Shown: positions 14,296-23,467, counted from the stretch's first letter. The stretch: DNA of 40,000 nt from Halosimplex salinum (GCF_003730195.1 NZ_QWGG01000008.1:84969-124968), one strand, 5' to 3'. Translations and numbers: made by a program. Notes: generated by a model not told the origin, from the letters alone.

Positions 14296-15744
14296 ATGGA
14301 CGACAAGACAGGAGTGTCCAGCAGCCTGCGGGAGACGTTAGAGCGCCACCGTCGCGGCAGCGAGTCGGACGGGACGCTCGTGCTCAGCGACCAGGAGGGG
14401 TACGTCGGCGACACGATCACCCTCAAGGGCCGCAACTTCCCCGCGGACGAGAGCTACGACCTGCTCTGGAACTCGACCGAGGGGCGCTGGGGCGTGCTGG
14501 AGGCCAACGAGATCGTCGGCCCGCAGTACCAGCCCCGCACCGACACGATCGCGACGGTCCGAACGGACGAGTCCGGGGCGTTCGACGAGGAGTGGACGGT
14601 CCCCGAAGACTACGGCGGCGCACACCGGATCCAGGTCCAGAACGGCGACGGGAACGTCGTGGCGCGCGCGGAGTTCTCGATCACGCCGTGGTTCGAGATC
14701 GACCGCACCGAGGCCCCGCTGGGCGAGGCGTTCACGATCACCGGCTACGGGATCGGTCCGAACGTCGTCACCAACAACTACCAGGTGTCGTGGGACAACG
14801 GCAACGTCGGGTTCGTGACCGGCGTGATGAACCGCGGGACCGCGACCGCCGAGATCCGGGCGGTCGGCCCGCCGGGCGAGCACGTGATCCAGGTGTGGCG
14901 CAACTACAAGGGCGTCCCGTACCTCCAGAACAACACGCAGTCGCCGTACGGCCCCGTCGCGGGCGGTCGACAGTCGGTCTGGACCGTCGAGGTGACCGAA
15001 CCCGACGACGACCCGCGGACCGCCTGGGTCGACCCGCTGCTGGACGAGAAGCCGATGAGCGTCCACTACCCAGAACTCGACGCGGACACCGAGGCCACCC
15101 TCGATATCTCCCCGACCTCGGGGCAGGCGGGCACGACCGCCTTCCTCACCGGCACCGACTTCCCGCCCGAGACCGAGGTCGACCTGATCTGGTACCGCCA
15201 CGAGGGCCACCGGGTCAAGGGGATCCCGATCACGCCGGAGGCGAAACCGGACGTGCTCCCGACCGTGACCACCGACGAGGACGGGAGCTTCCAGGTCGAG
15301 ATCGCCATCCCCCGCGAAGAGGGGTCGACCCGTCCGATCACCGCCGCCGTCGACGGTCGCGAGGTCGCGGTGACCGGCTTCATGATGCAGCCGTCGATCG
15401 AGACGTTCGCGCCCGTCAGGGGCCCGGTCGGCACGGAGATCGAGATCGAACTCTCCGGCATCGGCTGGACGATCTACGAGAACGCCCCGTTCTTCGTCTA
15501 CGACAACACGCCGCTGGGCTACGTCTGCGGGACCGCCGGCGACGACAAGCAGGGGACCGTCCGCGCGAAGCTCCGGGCCGCCGGCGAACCGGGCTACCAC
15601 TTCATCGACATCTACCCCAGCCTCTTCGACATGCAGGAGGAGAAACCCGAGTTCGACGTCAGACCCCACCTGTCGTACCTCGACAACCACCCGGTCCGGC
15701 CGCTCCCGGCCCTGCACATGGCCTTCGAGGTCACCGAGGAGTGA
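14296..15744 (+). CDS. Cytoplasmic protein built from a duplicated two-domain Ig-like (IPT/TIG-like) beta-sandwich module
   Basis: 482 aa with no signal peptide or TM segment. Residues about 27-235 and 268-445 align with each other (see findings). The content is beta-rich and acidic. Confidence 0.7.
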   Translation: MDDKTGVSSSLRETLERHRRGSESDGTLVLSDQEGYVGDTITLKGRNFPADESYDLLWNSTEGRWGVLEANEIVGPQYQPRTDTIATVRTDESGAFDEEWTVPEDYGGAHRIQVQNGDGNVVARAEFSITPWFEIDRTEAPLGEAFTITGYGIGPNVVTNNYQVSWDNGNVGFVTGVMNRGTATAEIRAVGPPGEHVIQVWRNYKGVPYLQNNTQSPYGPVAGGRQSVWTVEVTEPDDDPRTAWVDPLLDEKPMSVHYPELDADTEATLDISPTSGQAGTTAFLTGTDFPPETEVDLIWYRHEGHRVKGIPITPEAKPDVLPTVTTDEDGSFQVEIAIPREEGSTRPITAAVDGREVAVTGFMMQPSIETFAPVRGPVGTEIEIELSGIGWTIYENAPFFVYDNTPLGYVCGTAGDDKQGTVRAKLRAAGEPGYHFIDIYPSLFDMQEEKPEFDVRPHLSYLDNHPVRPLPALHMAFEVTEE

Positions 15745-15748
15745 CTCG

Positions 15749-16720
15749 ATGACGCTCGAACTCAGCCTCGCGTGCCACGACTACGCGTGGACCCAGCCCC
15801 TGTGGGACGGCCGCGTCGAACCCGAGGGCACGGCCCTCTCGACGGTCAACTACCCCAATCCGGTGCGGTTCTCGCGGATGGTCCGCGACCGCGAGTTCGA
15901 CGCCTGCGAGCTGTCGATGGGGACGTATCTCGCCACTCGCCGGAACGTGGACCGGTTCCCGTTCACCGCGATCCCGGTCTTCCCCTTCCGCAAGTTCAGA
16001 CACGCGTACATGTACGTCCGGGAGGGTGCAGGGATCGACAGCGTCGCCGATCTGGCGGGCGAGCGCGTGGGGATCGTCAACTGGCAGACGACGACGGGGA
16101 TCTGGCAACGGGGGATCCTCCGGGACCGGTACGACCTCGACACGGCGTCCGTCGAGTGGGTCGCCGGCGGGTCGGAGATCGTCGAGGTCGACGTGCCCGA
16201 CGCCTACGACGTGCGCTACCTCGACCACCAGGGGTCGACGATCGGCCTCCTCGAGGACCTGATCGAACGCGGCGAGATCGACGCCATCTTCCACCCGGTC
16301 GACTCGGGCGTGGCGAACGCCGAACGCCTGTTCGACGACGCGAAGGCCGTCGAGCAGGCGTACTACCGCGAGACGTCCGTGTTCCCGATCATGCACGCGA
16401 TCGTCCTCAGAGACGAGGTCCTCGACGACCACCCCTGGGTCGTCCAGCCGCTGTACGACGCCTTCGAGCGGGCCAAGGCGATCGGGCTGACGGCGCTGGA
16501 CCGCCCGCGCGAGCTGCCGCTCGTCTGGGCCGACGTCTACGCGGACGAACAGCGGGCGGTACTGGGCGAGGACCCCTGGGAGCACGGGCTCACCGACGAC
16601 AACGTCGGGACGCTCGAGACGCTCGTCGAGTACGCCCACGAGCAGGGCGTCGCCGCGGAGCGGTACGAAATCGAGGAGCTGTTCGCGACCGACCACCTCG
16701 ATACGGATTACTACGCGTAG
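15749..16720 (+). CDS. PBP-fold protein of the family usually annotated as 4,5-dihydroxyphthalate decarboxylase (PhtD-like), paralogue A
   Basis: N-terminal pattern LSLACHDYAWTQPLWDGRVEPEG, then FDACELSMGTY, FTAIPVFPFRKFRHAYMYV, DLAGERVGIVNWQTTTGIWQRGIL. It starts 4 nt after the Ig-repeat gene. Confidence 0.7.
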   Translation: MTLELSLACHDYAWTQPLWDGRVEPEGTALSTVNYPNPVRFSRMVRDREFDACELSMGTYLATRRNVDRFPFTAIPVFPFRKFRHAYMYVREGAGIDSVADLAGERVGIVNWQTTTGIWQRGILRDRYDLDTASVEWVAGGSEIVEVDVPDAYDVRYLDHQGSTIGLLEDLIERGEIDAIFHPVDSGVANAERLFDDAKAVEQAYYRETSVFPIMHAIVLRDEVLDDHPWVVQPLYDAFERAKAIGLTALDRPRELPLVWADVYADEQRAVLGEDPWEHGLTDDNVGTLETLVEYAHEQGVAAERYEIEELFATDHLDTDYYA

Positions 16721-16745
16721 CTCGGTTCCCGGTCCTTCCCACCTG

Positions 16746-16749
16746 TTTT
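16746..16749 (+). terminator. Oligo-T tract after paralogue A
   Basis: cctgttttgg lies about 25 nt past stop 16720. Confidence 0.3.
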
Positions 16750-16787
16750 GGATGCCCTCGGCTGGATCACCCTGATCGGCTGACGCC

Positions 16788-16829
16788 CGACAGCGGACGT
16801 CCGACAGCGGACGTCTGACAGCGGACGAG
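16788..16829. repeat. Three tandem copies of a 14-nt unit (CGACAGCGGACGTC)
   Basis: 16788-16801 and 16802-16815 are identical. 16816-16829 reads tgacagcggacgag. The repeat lies between two convergent genes and their T-runs. Confidence 0.85.
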
Positions 16830-16840
16830 AAGCGACCGTG

Positions 16841-16844
16841 AAAA
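16841..16844 (-). terminator. Oligo-T tract (minus strand) after paralogue B
   Basis: Plus-strand gaaaac equals gtttTC on the minus strand, 7 nt past stop 16851. Confidence 0.3.
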
Positions 16845-16850
16845 CGCGTC

Positions 16851-17852
16851 CTATCCGGTGAGTTCCGCGGTGCTCTCGGTGAACAGTTCCGCGAGGTCGT
16901 ACTCCCGCGGGATCAATCCCTGGTCGTACGCGTACTCGACGAACTTCGCGAGCCCGCGGCGGTTGCGGTCGGTGAGTCCGTACTCCCAGGCGTCCTCGCC
17001 GAGGATCCGCCGCTGTTCGAGGAGGTGCAGGTGCGCCCACGTGAGCGAGGCCTTCGCGCTCGGGCTGGTGTTGCGCTCCAGACAGCGGTCCCGGGCCTCG
17101 CAGAACGCGTCGAAGACGTTCGCTGCGACCCAGGGGTAGTCGTCGAGGACCTCGTCCCTGATAGCGATGGCGTGCATCGGCGGGTGGATGCCCGTCTCCC
17201 GGAAATACTCCCGTTCCGCGGCCAGCGGGTCGTCGAAGACGAACTCCGCCCGCTCGGACTCCGCCACGTCCCAGAACAGCGACCCAGCCGGGTCCATCGC
17301 GGCCGCCAGCTCGCCCTCGAAGAGCATCTCCCGGAGGTCCTTCGGTTGCTCGACCGCGTCGCCCTCCTGTGCACCGGGGACCGGCTGGATGTCGAACCGG
17401 TCCGGGAGTTCGACGGGGACGTCGTCCTCGCGGCGGCGATACCACCGGACTCGCTCCAGGTCGAGGCCGTGGTGCTCCGCGGCGATCCCGCGCACCCACA
17501 CGTTGGCCGTCGTCTGCCAGGACTGGACACCGACCTTCTCCCCTTCGAGGTCGGCGGGTTCGTCCACGTCCGCATCGGCGTGTTTGTAGAAGAACGAGTG
17601 TCGGAAGCGCTTGTTCGGGAAGACGGGGATCGCGGTGAACGGATACTCCTCTGGATGGGCCCGCGAGGAGAGGTACGACGCCAGCGACACCTCGCAGACG
17701 TCGAACGCCAGGTGTTCGAACATGCGTCGGTGGCGCTTCGGTGGGTACTCGGAGAGCACCGTCGCGTCGATCCCCTCCGGTTCCACGTCGCCGGTCAACA
17801 GCGGTTTGTAGATGTCTCTGTCCCCGAGCGCGATCGACAGTTCGACCGTCAT
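16851..17852 (-). CDS. PhtD-like PBP-fold protein, paralogue B
   Basis: ATG 17852 (MTVELSIALGDRD...). It has the same family blocks as A (FTAIPVFPNKRFRHSFFYK, VGVQSWQTTANVWVRGI) and is highly similar to paralogue C. Confidence 0.75.
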   Translation of the reverse strand: MTVELSIALGDRDIYKPLLTGDVEPEGIDATVLSEYPPKRHRRMFEHLAFDVCEVSLASYLSSRAHPEEYPFTAIPVFPNKRFRHSFFYKHADADVDEPADLEGEKVGVQSWQTTANVWVRGIAAEHHGLDLERVRWYRRREDDVPVELPDRFDIQPVPGAQEGDAVEQPKDLREMLFEGELAAAMDPAGSLFWDVAESERAEFVFDDPLAAEREYFRETGIHPPMHAIAIRDEVLDDYPWVAANVFDAFCEARDRCLERNTSPSAKASLTWAHLHLLEQRRILGEDAWEYGLTDRNRRGLAKFVEYAYDQGLIPREYDLAELFTESTAELTG

Positions 17853-18019
17853 GTGTCGGTATTTCGCCCGCACCGGGGGTATGCCTTCCCCGGATTCCAG
17901 CGCAATGGGAGAGACGACCGCGACGGCCGGCGCGTCCGGGCGAGTGAGTCGGACACCGTACGGCGGTCAGTGCGTCGGCCCCGCCGCGAATCAGGCCAGC
18001 GCGTCGACCCCGCCGCGAC

Positions 18020-19009
18020 TCACGCGAATCCGTCGACGAACAGTTCCTCGACGTCGTAGGGTCGGGGGATCAACCCCTGGTCGTGGGCGTACTCGACGAA
18101 CTTCACAAGCCCGCGTCGGTTGCGGTCGGTGAGCCCGTACTCCCAGGCGTCCTCGCCGAGGATCCGCCGCTGTTCGAGGAGGTGCAGGTGCGCCCACGTG
18201 AGCGAGGCGTTCGCGCTTGGACTCCCGTTCCGTTCGAGGCAGGCGTCGCGCGACTCGCAGAAGGCGTCGAAGATCTCGGTCGCGACCCACGGATGGTCGT
18301 CGAGGACCTCGTCCCTGATGGCGACGGCGTGCATCGGCGGATGGACGCCCGTCTCGGCGAAGTACTCGCGCTCGGCGGCCAGCGGGTCGTCGAAGACGAA
18401 CTCCGCCCGCTCCGAGTCGGCGACGTCCCAGAACAGCGACCCCGCGGGGTCCATCGCGGCCGCCAGCTCGCCCTCGAACAACGCCCGCTTGAGGTCCTCG
18501 CGTTCGGCGACGGCGTCCCCGCCGTGTTCCCCGGGCACCGGACGGATGTCGAACCGATCGGGGACGTCGATCGGCACGTCGTCGCCCTTCCGGCGGTACC
18601 ACGTCACCGATTCGAGGTCGAGCCCGTAGAAGTCCCCCGCGATCCCCCGCATCCAGACGTTGGCCGTCGTCTGCCAGGAGGAGACGCCGACCGCTTTCCC
18701 CGCGAGGTCGGCGGGGCCGTCCACGTCGGCGTCGGCGTGCTTGTAGAAGAACGAGTGGCGGAAACGCTTGGCCGGAAAGACCGGGATCGCGGTGAACGGG
18801 TACTCGTCGGGACGGGCGCGCGAGGAGAGGTACGACGCCAGCGACACCTCGCAGGCGTCGAACTCGCGGTCGGCGAAGAAGCGACGGTGGCGGTTCGACG
18901 GATAGACCGGGGTCGTCGTCGCGTCGACCCCGTCCGGTTCCACCTCGCCGGTCAGGAGCGCGCGGTTCAGGTCTCGGTCGCCGCAGGCGATGGTCAGTTC
19001 GATGGTCAT
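18020..19009 (-). CDS. PhtD-like PBP-fold protein, paralogue C
   Basis: MTIELTIACGDRDLNRALLTGEVEPDG..., FTAIPVFPAKRFRHSFFYK. It starts 19 nt downstream of the permease stop, so is likely co-transcribed. Confidence 0.75.
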   Translation of the reverse strand: MTIELTIACGDRDLNRALLTGEVEPDGVDATTTPVYPSNRHRRFFADREFDACEVSLASYLSSRARPDEYPFTAIPVFPAKRFRHSFFYKHADADVDGPADLAGKAVGVSSWQTTANVWMRGIAGDFYGLDLESVTWYRRKGDDVPIDVPDRFDIRPVPGEHGGDAVAEREDLKRALFEGELAAAMDPAGSLFWDVADSERAEFVFDDPLAAEREYFAETGVHPPMHAVAIRDEVLDDHPWVATEIFDAFCESRDACLERNGSPSANASLTWAHLHLLEQRRILGEDAWEYGLTDRNRRGLVKFVEYAHDQGLIPRPYDVEELFVDGFA

Positions 19010-19028
19010 GGGTTGGGTCTGTGGTGGT

Positions 19029-20825
19029 CTATCGGGTGTTCATGTCGTGGAAGGAGACGCCGAACAGTCGCAGCGAGAGCAGGACGAGGAACGTCATGCC
19101 GACGAACAGCGTCGAGATGGCCGAGACGAGTTCGACGTTGGCGGTGTTCATGTAGACGTTGAACACCTTGACGGGGATCACCATCGTGTCCGACGAGTAG
19201 ACCATCAGCGGGATGGTGATCAGCTGGAAGATGTGGATGAGGAGGTAGAACCAGATGATCGCCGACGTGTTCCGGAAGAGGGGGAGGAACACCTCGCGCA
19301 TCTGCTGGACCCAGGTGGCGCCGGCGATCCGGGCCGACTCCTCCAGCTCCGTGTGTATCTGGACGATGTTGCCGATGGCGAGTCGCGAGGACATCGGGAT
19401 GTACGCGATGACGCAGCCGACGACGACGATCCAGAGCGTCCCGTAGAGGTCGACCAGCGGGTGGACCTTGCCGACCCACAGGGCGGTGAACAGGACGCTG
19501 ACGCCAGTGATCACGCCGGGGATCGCGACCGACGACAGCGAGAGGAAGTCGACGACGCCCCGGAACGGGTAGGTCGTCCGCTCGGTGTAGTACGACAGGC
19601 CGACGACGAGCACCGTCCCGATCGTCGCCCCGGCGAGGCTGACGAGGACGCTGTTGACGAACGCGCTCCGCAGGCGCGGGTTCGCCAGCGCCTCGGCGTA
19701 GTGGGCGAGCGTGAGGCTCGATGCGTCGAAGTGGCCGAACCAGACCGAGTGGACCGACACGAGGACCATCACGGCGACCGGCAGCACCCAGACGACGAAC
19801 ATGAACGCCCAGAGCGCGCCCGCGACCGGCCAGCGCCACTTCCCGAGGTCCCAGGTGTGGGGCTGGTAACCCTGCCCGGTCACCGTCATGTAGTCCTCCT
19901 TCCGGCTGGTCACCTTGCGGTGGTACCACACCAGCACGGCCGCGAGCAGCAGCAGGCTGAGCGACAGCGCGGCGGCCTGCCCGTATTCGGGCGGCGCTCG
20001 CAGTCGGACGGCCTTCCAGATAGCGGTCGCGTACACCTCGTACTGCTCGCGGGCGCCGAGGATCGCGACGACGGAGAACTCGCCGAGCCCGAGCAGGAAC
20101 CGGATGATGAGCGCCGTGAGGACGGCCGGGAGGATCACGGGGAACGTGACCGATCGGACGGTCTGGCGGATGTTCGCGCCGTGGATCCGCGCGACCTCTT
20201 CGAGGGAGGCGTCCATGTTCTGGAGCGCCGGCGCGGTCAGCAGGTACACCGACGTCACGGCGTCGACGCCGGCGACGACGACGATCCCGGTCGGACTGAA
20301 GATGTCGAACGGGGGCGCGTCGAGACCGAGCGCGCCGACGAGCGTGGTGGTCACGAGCCCGTGGTCCGGCCCGTACGTGGTGATGTACATGATCGCGTAG
20401 ATGTACCCCGGGACGGCGTACGGCGAGATCAGCACGAGCTCCATCGCGTCCTTCGTCGGGACGTTCGTCCGAACGAGCAGCCACGCGAACCCGAGCCCGA
20501 CCGACATCGAGACGAGCGTCGTCCCGCCCGCGACGAACAGCGAGTTCGTCACGAGCCCGGTGACGTCGAACGCGTCGGCGACGTACACCGCGAGGAAGTT
20601 CCCGACGGTGAACGACCCGGAGAACTGCCCGGGGTAGCCGTCCCAGAGGCTCGTCCAGAGCAGGAAGACCAGCGGGACCAGCGTCAGGAGGACGGTCGCG
20701 ACGGCGAACCCGCCGAGCACGACCCGCCTCGTCAGCCCGTCGGTCCCCGTCGTCGCCGAGACGACGCTGACCGTGGAGTCGCGGGCGGTCCGCGCGGTCT
20801 CGGCGAGCCTCGTTCGGACGCTCAC
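19029..20825 (-). CDS. ABC transporter permease, fused two-domain type (FbpB/ThiP-like)
   Basis: 598 aa, about 12 TM, with two tandem binding-protein-dependent permease halves. Confidence 0.85.
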   Translation of the reverse strand: MSVRTRLAETARTARDSTVSVVSATTGTDGLTRRVVLGGFAVATVLLTLVPLVFLLWTSLWDGYPGQFSGSFTVGNFLAVYVADAFDVTGLVTNSLFVAGGTTLVSMSVGLGFAWLLVRTNVPTKDAMELVLISPYAVPGYIYAIMYITTYGPDHGLVTTTLVGALGLDAPPFDIFSPTGIVVVAGVDAVTSVYLLTAPALQNMDASLEEVARIHGANIRQTVRSVTFPVILPAVLTALIIRFLLGLGEFSVVAILGAREQYEVYATAIWKAVRLRAPPEYGQAAALSLSLLLLAAVLVWYHRKVTSRKEDYMTVTGQGYQPHTWDLGKWRWPVAGALWAFMFVVWVLPVAVMVLVSVHSVWFGHFDASSLTLAHYAEALANPRLRSAFVNSVLVSLAGATIGTVLVVGLSYYTERTTYPFRGVVDFLSLSSVAIPGVITGVSVLFTALWVGKVHPLVDLYGTLWIVVVGCVIAYIPMSSRLAIGNIVQIHTELEESARIAGATWVQQMREVFLPLFRNTSAIIWFYLLIHIFQLITIPLMVYSSDTMVIPVKVFNVYMNTANVELVSAISTLFVGMTFLVLLSLRLFGVSFHDMNTR

Positions 20826-20846
20826 GGCCTCCCCCCGTGCGTGCCG

Positions 20847-21962
20847 TCACGCATCCGTGATCGGGTACACCTGTATCGACTCCGGCCGGACGTGGAGCCG
20901 TATCTCGTCGCCTCTGGCGCGGTCGCGCACGGTCTCGGAGTGGACGACCAGGTCGGTCCCCGCGCCGTCGAACGCGACCGTCATCTCGTAGGCGTCGCCG
21001 AGGATGCCTTCCGCGACGACGGTCCCGGTCAGTTCGAGCCGCCCGTCCGGGCGGCCGGCGAATCCCCCGATCTCGACGTCCGCCGGCCGGAGGAAGCAGG
21101 CGACCGAGCCGGTCGAGACCCCGTCGGAGACGTAGTCGACGTTGTCGAGCGGGAAGTCGACGAGGTCCGTCCGAACGACGCGGTCCCCGGCGGCGTCCAC
21201 GTCGACGGTGCCCTCGAACCGGTTGTGGACGCCGACGAACCGGCGGGTGAACGGCGACGACGGTCGCCGGTGGAGTTCGCCCGGTCGTCCCCGCTCGACC
21301 GTCTCGCCGTCTCGCATCAGCACGACTCTGTCGGCGAGATAGAACGCCTCCTCCTGGTCGTGGGTCACGTAGAGGACGCTGACGCCGAGTTCGTGCTGGA
21401 GCCGCTGGAGTTCGTCGCGCATCTCCTTGCGCAGTTCCCGGTCGAGGTTGCTCAGCGGCTCGTCCATCAGCAGGAGGTCGGGGTCGTGGACGAGCGAGCG
21501 CGCGAGCGAGGTCCGCTGTTGCTGGCCGCCGCTCAGGTCGGTCGCGGGCGCGTCCTTCAGCTCGCGGATCTGCACGAGGTCGAGAATCTCCTCGACCCGA
21601 TCCTCGTAGTCCGCCTTCGGGACGGGGTTGTCGGCGTACTTGAGCGGGAACACGACGTTCTCGTAGACGGTCTTGTGCGGCCAGATCGCGTAGTTCTGGA
21701 ACACCATGCCGAGGTCGCGGTCCTCCGGCGGCCGGGAGACGGTCGCGCTCTGGACCGTCTCGCCGCCGATCCGTATCTCGCCGCTGTCGGGTACCTCGAC
21801 GCCCGCGATACACCGCAGGAGCGTCGTCTTGCCGCACCCGCTGGGGCCGAGCAGCGCGACGATCTCGTCGCGGTCGACCGTCAGGTCGACGTTCCGGTGG
21901 GCGTACTCGGACCCGAACCGCTTGTCGAGCCCCGTCACGGTCAACTGTGGCTGAGTCGTCAT
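20847..21962 (-). CDS. ABC transporter ATP-binding protein (PotA/FbpC/MalK type with C-terminal regulatory domain)
   Basis: Walker A GPSGCGKTT, LSGGQQQR, Walker B LLLMDEPLSNLD, plus an OB-like C-terminal extension. Confidence 0.9.
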   Translation of the reverse strand: MTTQPQLTVTGLDKRFGSEYAHRNVDLTVDRDEIVALLGPSGCGKTTLLRCIAGVEVPDSGEIRIGGETVQSATVSRPPEDRDLGMVFQNYAIWPHKTVYENVVFPLKYADNPVPKADYEDRVEEILDLVQIRELKDAPATDLSGGQQQRTSLARSLVHDPDLLLMDEPLSNLDRELRKEMRDELQRLQHELGVSVLYVTHDQEEAFYLADRVVLMRDGETVERGRPGELHRRPSSPFTRRFVGVHNRFEGTVDVDAAGDRVVRTDLVDFPLDNVDYVSDGVSTGSVACFLRPADVEIGGFAGRPDGRLELTGTVVAEGILGDAYEMTVAFDGAGTDLVVHSETVRDRARGDEIRLHVRPESIQVYPITDA

Positions 21963-22058
21963 TGTCTGGTCCTGTCCGGGTTCGGTGAGTCGGTTCGCGC
22001 GCGGAAGGCGAGGGCGAGGCGAGAGCGCGACCGGCCCCGCCGCTCGGTGTTCCAGCGG

Positions 22059-23291
22059 TCAGAAGTCGATCGCTTCCTCGACCGCTCGCTGACCGATCTC
22101 GGTGTACTCCTGCCCCTCCCAGAAGCCGACCGGCGTGGTCTCGGTCGTGAGCCGCTCGCGCGCGTAGTCGCTCATCTCCACGTCGGAGAGGTCCAGGTCG
22201 GTGCGCGCCGCCGTCACGTTCGGTACCTCGTCGATCATCCGCCGCTGGACCGGCGCCTCGAGCATCGCGCTGAGGACGAGCCGCGCCGCCCACGGGTGGG
22301 GTGCCTCGCTGTTGATCGAGAACAGCCCCTCGAAGGTGTTCCACTTCACCGGCTCGACGAAGTTGCCCACCAGCGGGAACTCCTCGACGAGTTCGGCGAT
22401 CGTCCACGGGAAGTTGTAGAACATGATCGGGACCTTCCCCTGGCCCACGGCACGCCCGCCATCTGAGTGGGAGTTGTAGCCGGTGACGTCGAAGTGGTCG
22501 ACGATCGCCCGCATCCACTCCATGTCGTCCATGTCGGTCTGTTCGGCGTGGTACCCGACGATCCACCCGATCTGGCTGGTGACGGGACCGGTCGGGATGA
22601 TCATCTCCATCCCCTCGTACTGGTCGTCGAAGAGGTCGTTGTAACTCGTCGGGACGTCGAGGCCGCGTTCCTCGAAGATATCCGCGTTGATCGGCATGAC
22701 CGACGACGCGCCGCCGTTGAACGCCGAGGCGCCCCACGGCAGGGTCATGTACTCCTCCAGGTCCTCGCTGAACCAGAAGTTCCCGTCGACGTCCCACTCG
22801 TAGTAGCGCTCGGCGACCGACTCGCCCTCCTCGTAGATCTGGTTCCTGATGTCGGTCGCGCTGGCGACCAGGTCGGCCTGGTCCTCGTCGGCCTGGCGCT
22901 CCTGGATGATCCGCTGGGAGATCTGCGACCCGCCGGCCGACACGACGTCGGCTTCCAGCCCCGCGTCGAACTCGTCGTTGATCACCTCGACGAGGCTGTT
23001 CCAGGTCGGCTGCTCGCCCGACCCGGCGTAGATAGTCACCGTCGTTCCGTCGTCGACGTGGTCGATCAGCTCCTCGGTCGTCCACGGTGGCTCGGGTCCG
23101 CTACTCGTCGCCGTCCCCGCCGATCCGGCGCTGGAGCCGCCGAGACAGCCGACGAGCGATGCCGCCGAGACGGTCGCTCCGGTCGCGAGCAGCGCTCGCC
23201 GCGAGACCCGACTCCCCACGCCGCGCCGGCGCTGGTCGGTCGTTCCCTCGCCCGTGACCGCCTGACCGCCGTCAGGTTCGTCTGCGCTCAT
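22059..23291 (-). CDS. ABC transporter substrate-binding lipoprotein (family-1 SBP) with Tat signal
   Basis: Twin-arginine plus lipobox: SRRALLATGATVSAASLVGCLGG. A Ser/Gly/Thr linker follows, then an SBP-like body. A TATA-like gtttatcc (minus strand) lies about 26 nt upstream of the ATG. Confidence 0.8.
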   Translation of the reverse strand: MSADEPDGGQAVTGEGTTDQRRRGVGSRVSRRALLATGATVSAASLVGCLGGSSAGSAGTATSSGPEPPWTTEELIDHVDDGTTVTIYAGSGEQPTWNSLVEVINDEFDAGLEADVVSAGGSQISQRIIQERQADEDQADLVASATDIRNQIYEEGESVAERYYEWDVDGNFWFSEDLEEYMTLPWGASAFNGGASSVMPINADIFEERGLDVPTSYNDLFDDQYEGMEMIIPTGPVTSQIGWIVGYHAEQTDMDDMEWMRAIVDHFDVTGYNSHSDGGRAVGQGKVPIMFYNFPWTIAELVEEFPLVGNFVEPVKWNTFEGLFSINSEAPHPWAARLVLSAMLEAPVQRRMIDEVPNVTAARTDLDLSDVEMSDYARERLTTETTPVGFWEGQEYTEIGQRAVEEAIDF

Positions 23292-23369
23292 ACACCGATC
23301 GCTACCGGAGAGACGGATAAACTGCTTCTGAACATTTTTATACGATGGGAAGGAGATTCTCGAACGATT

Positions 23370-23434
23370 ACGTGAATTCCCGCACCGTTAGAGTAGAACG
23401 TTAACGTGATCCCGCCGATCGAAAGATCACGTGA
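23370..23434. promoter_or_regulatory. Three ACGTGA boxes, two forming the 8-bp inverted repeat ACGTGATC-N13-GATCACGT
   Basis: ACGTGA occurs at 23370, 23404 and 23429. The IR arms are 23404-23411 and 23425-23432. They lie in the most AT-rich intergenic region of the window, just upstream of the TATA-like atactttt and ATG 23468. Confidence 0.45.
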
Positions 23435-23467
23435 TACTTTTCCCGGGACGGGCCGTCGGGACGACGT

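Noticed and set aside
16788-16829. Considered as a CRISPR-like array, together with 24094-24174
   Set aside because: The units are only 14 nt, directly abutting with no spacers, and there are no cas genes in the window.
18990-23085. Very long ORFs (1158 aa on plus, 1359 aa on minus in another frame) spanning the ABC transporter operon
   Set aside because: They are Arg/Gly/Asp/Pro-rich nonsense composition. They overlap three genes with unambiguous Walker, permease and SBP motifs in a different frame or strand. This is a stop-codon-poor artefact of GC-rich DNA.
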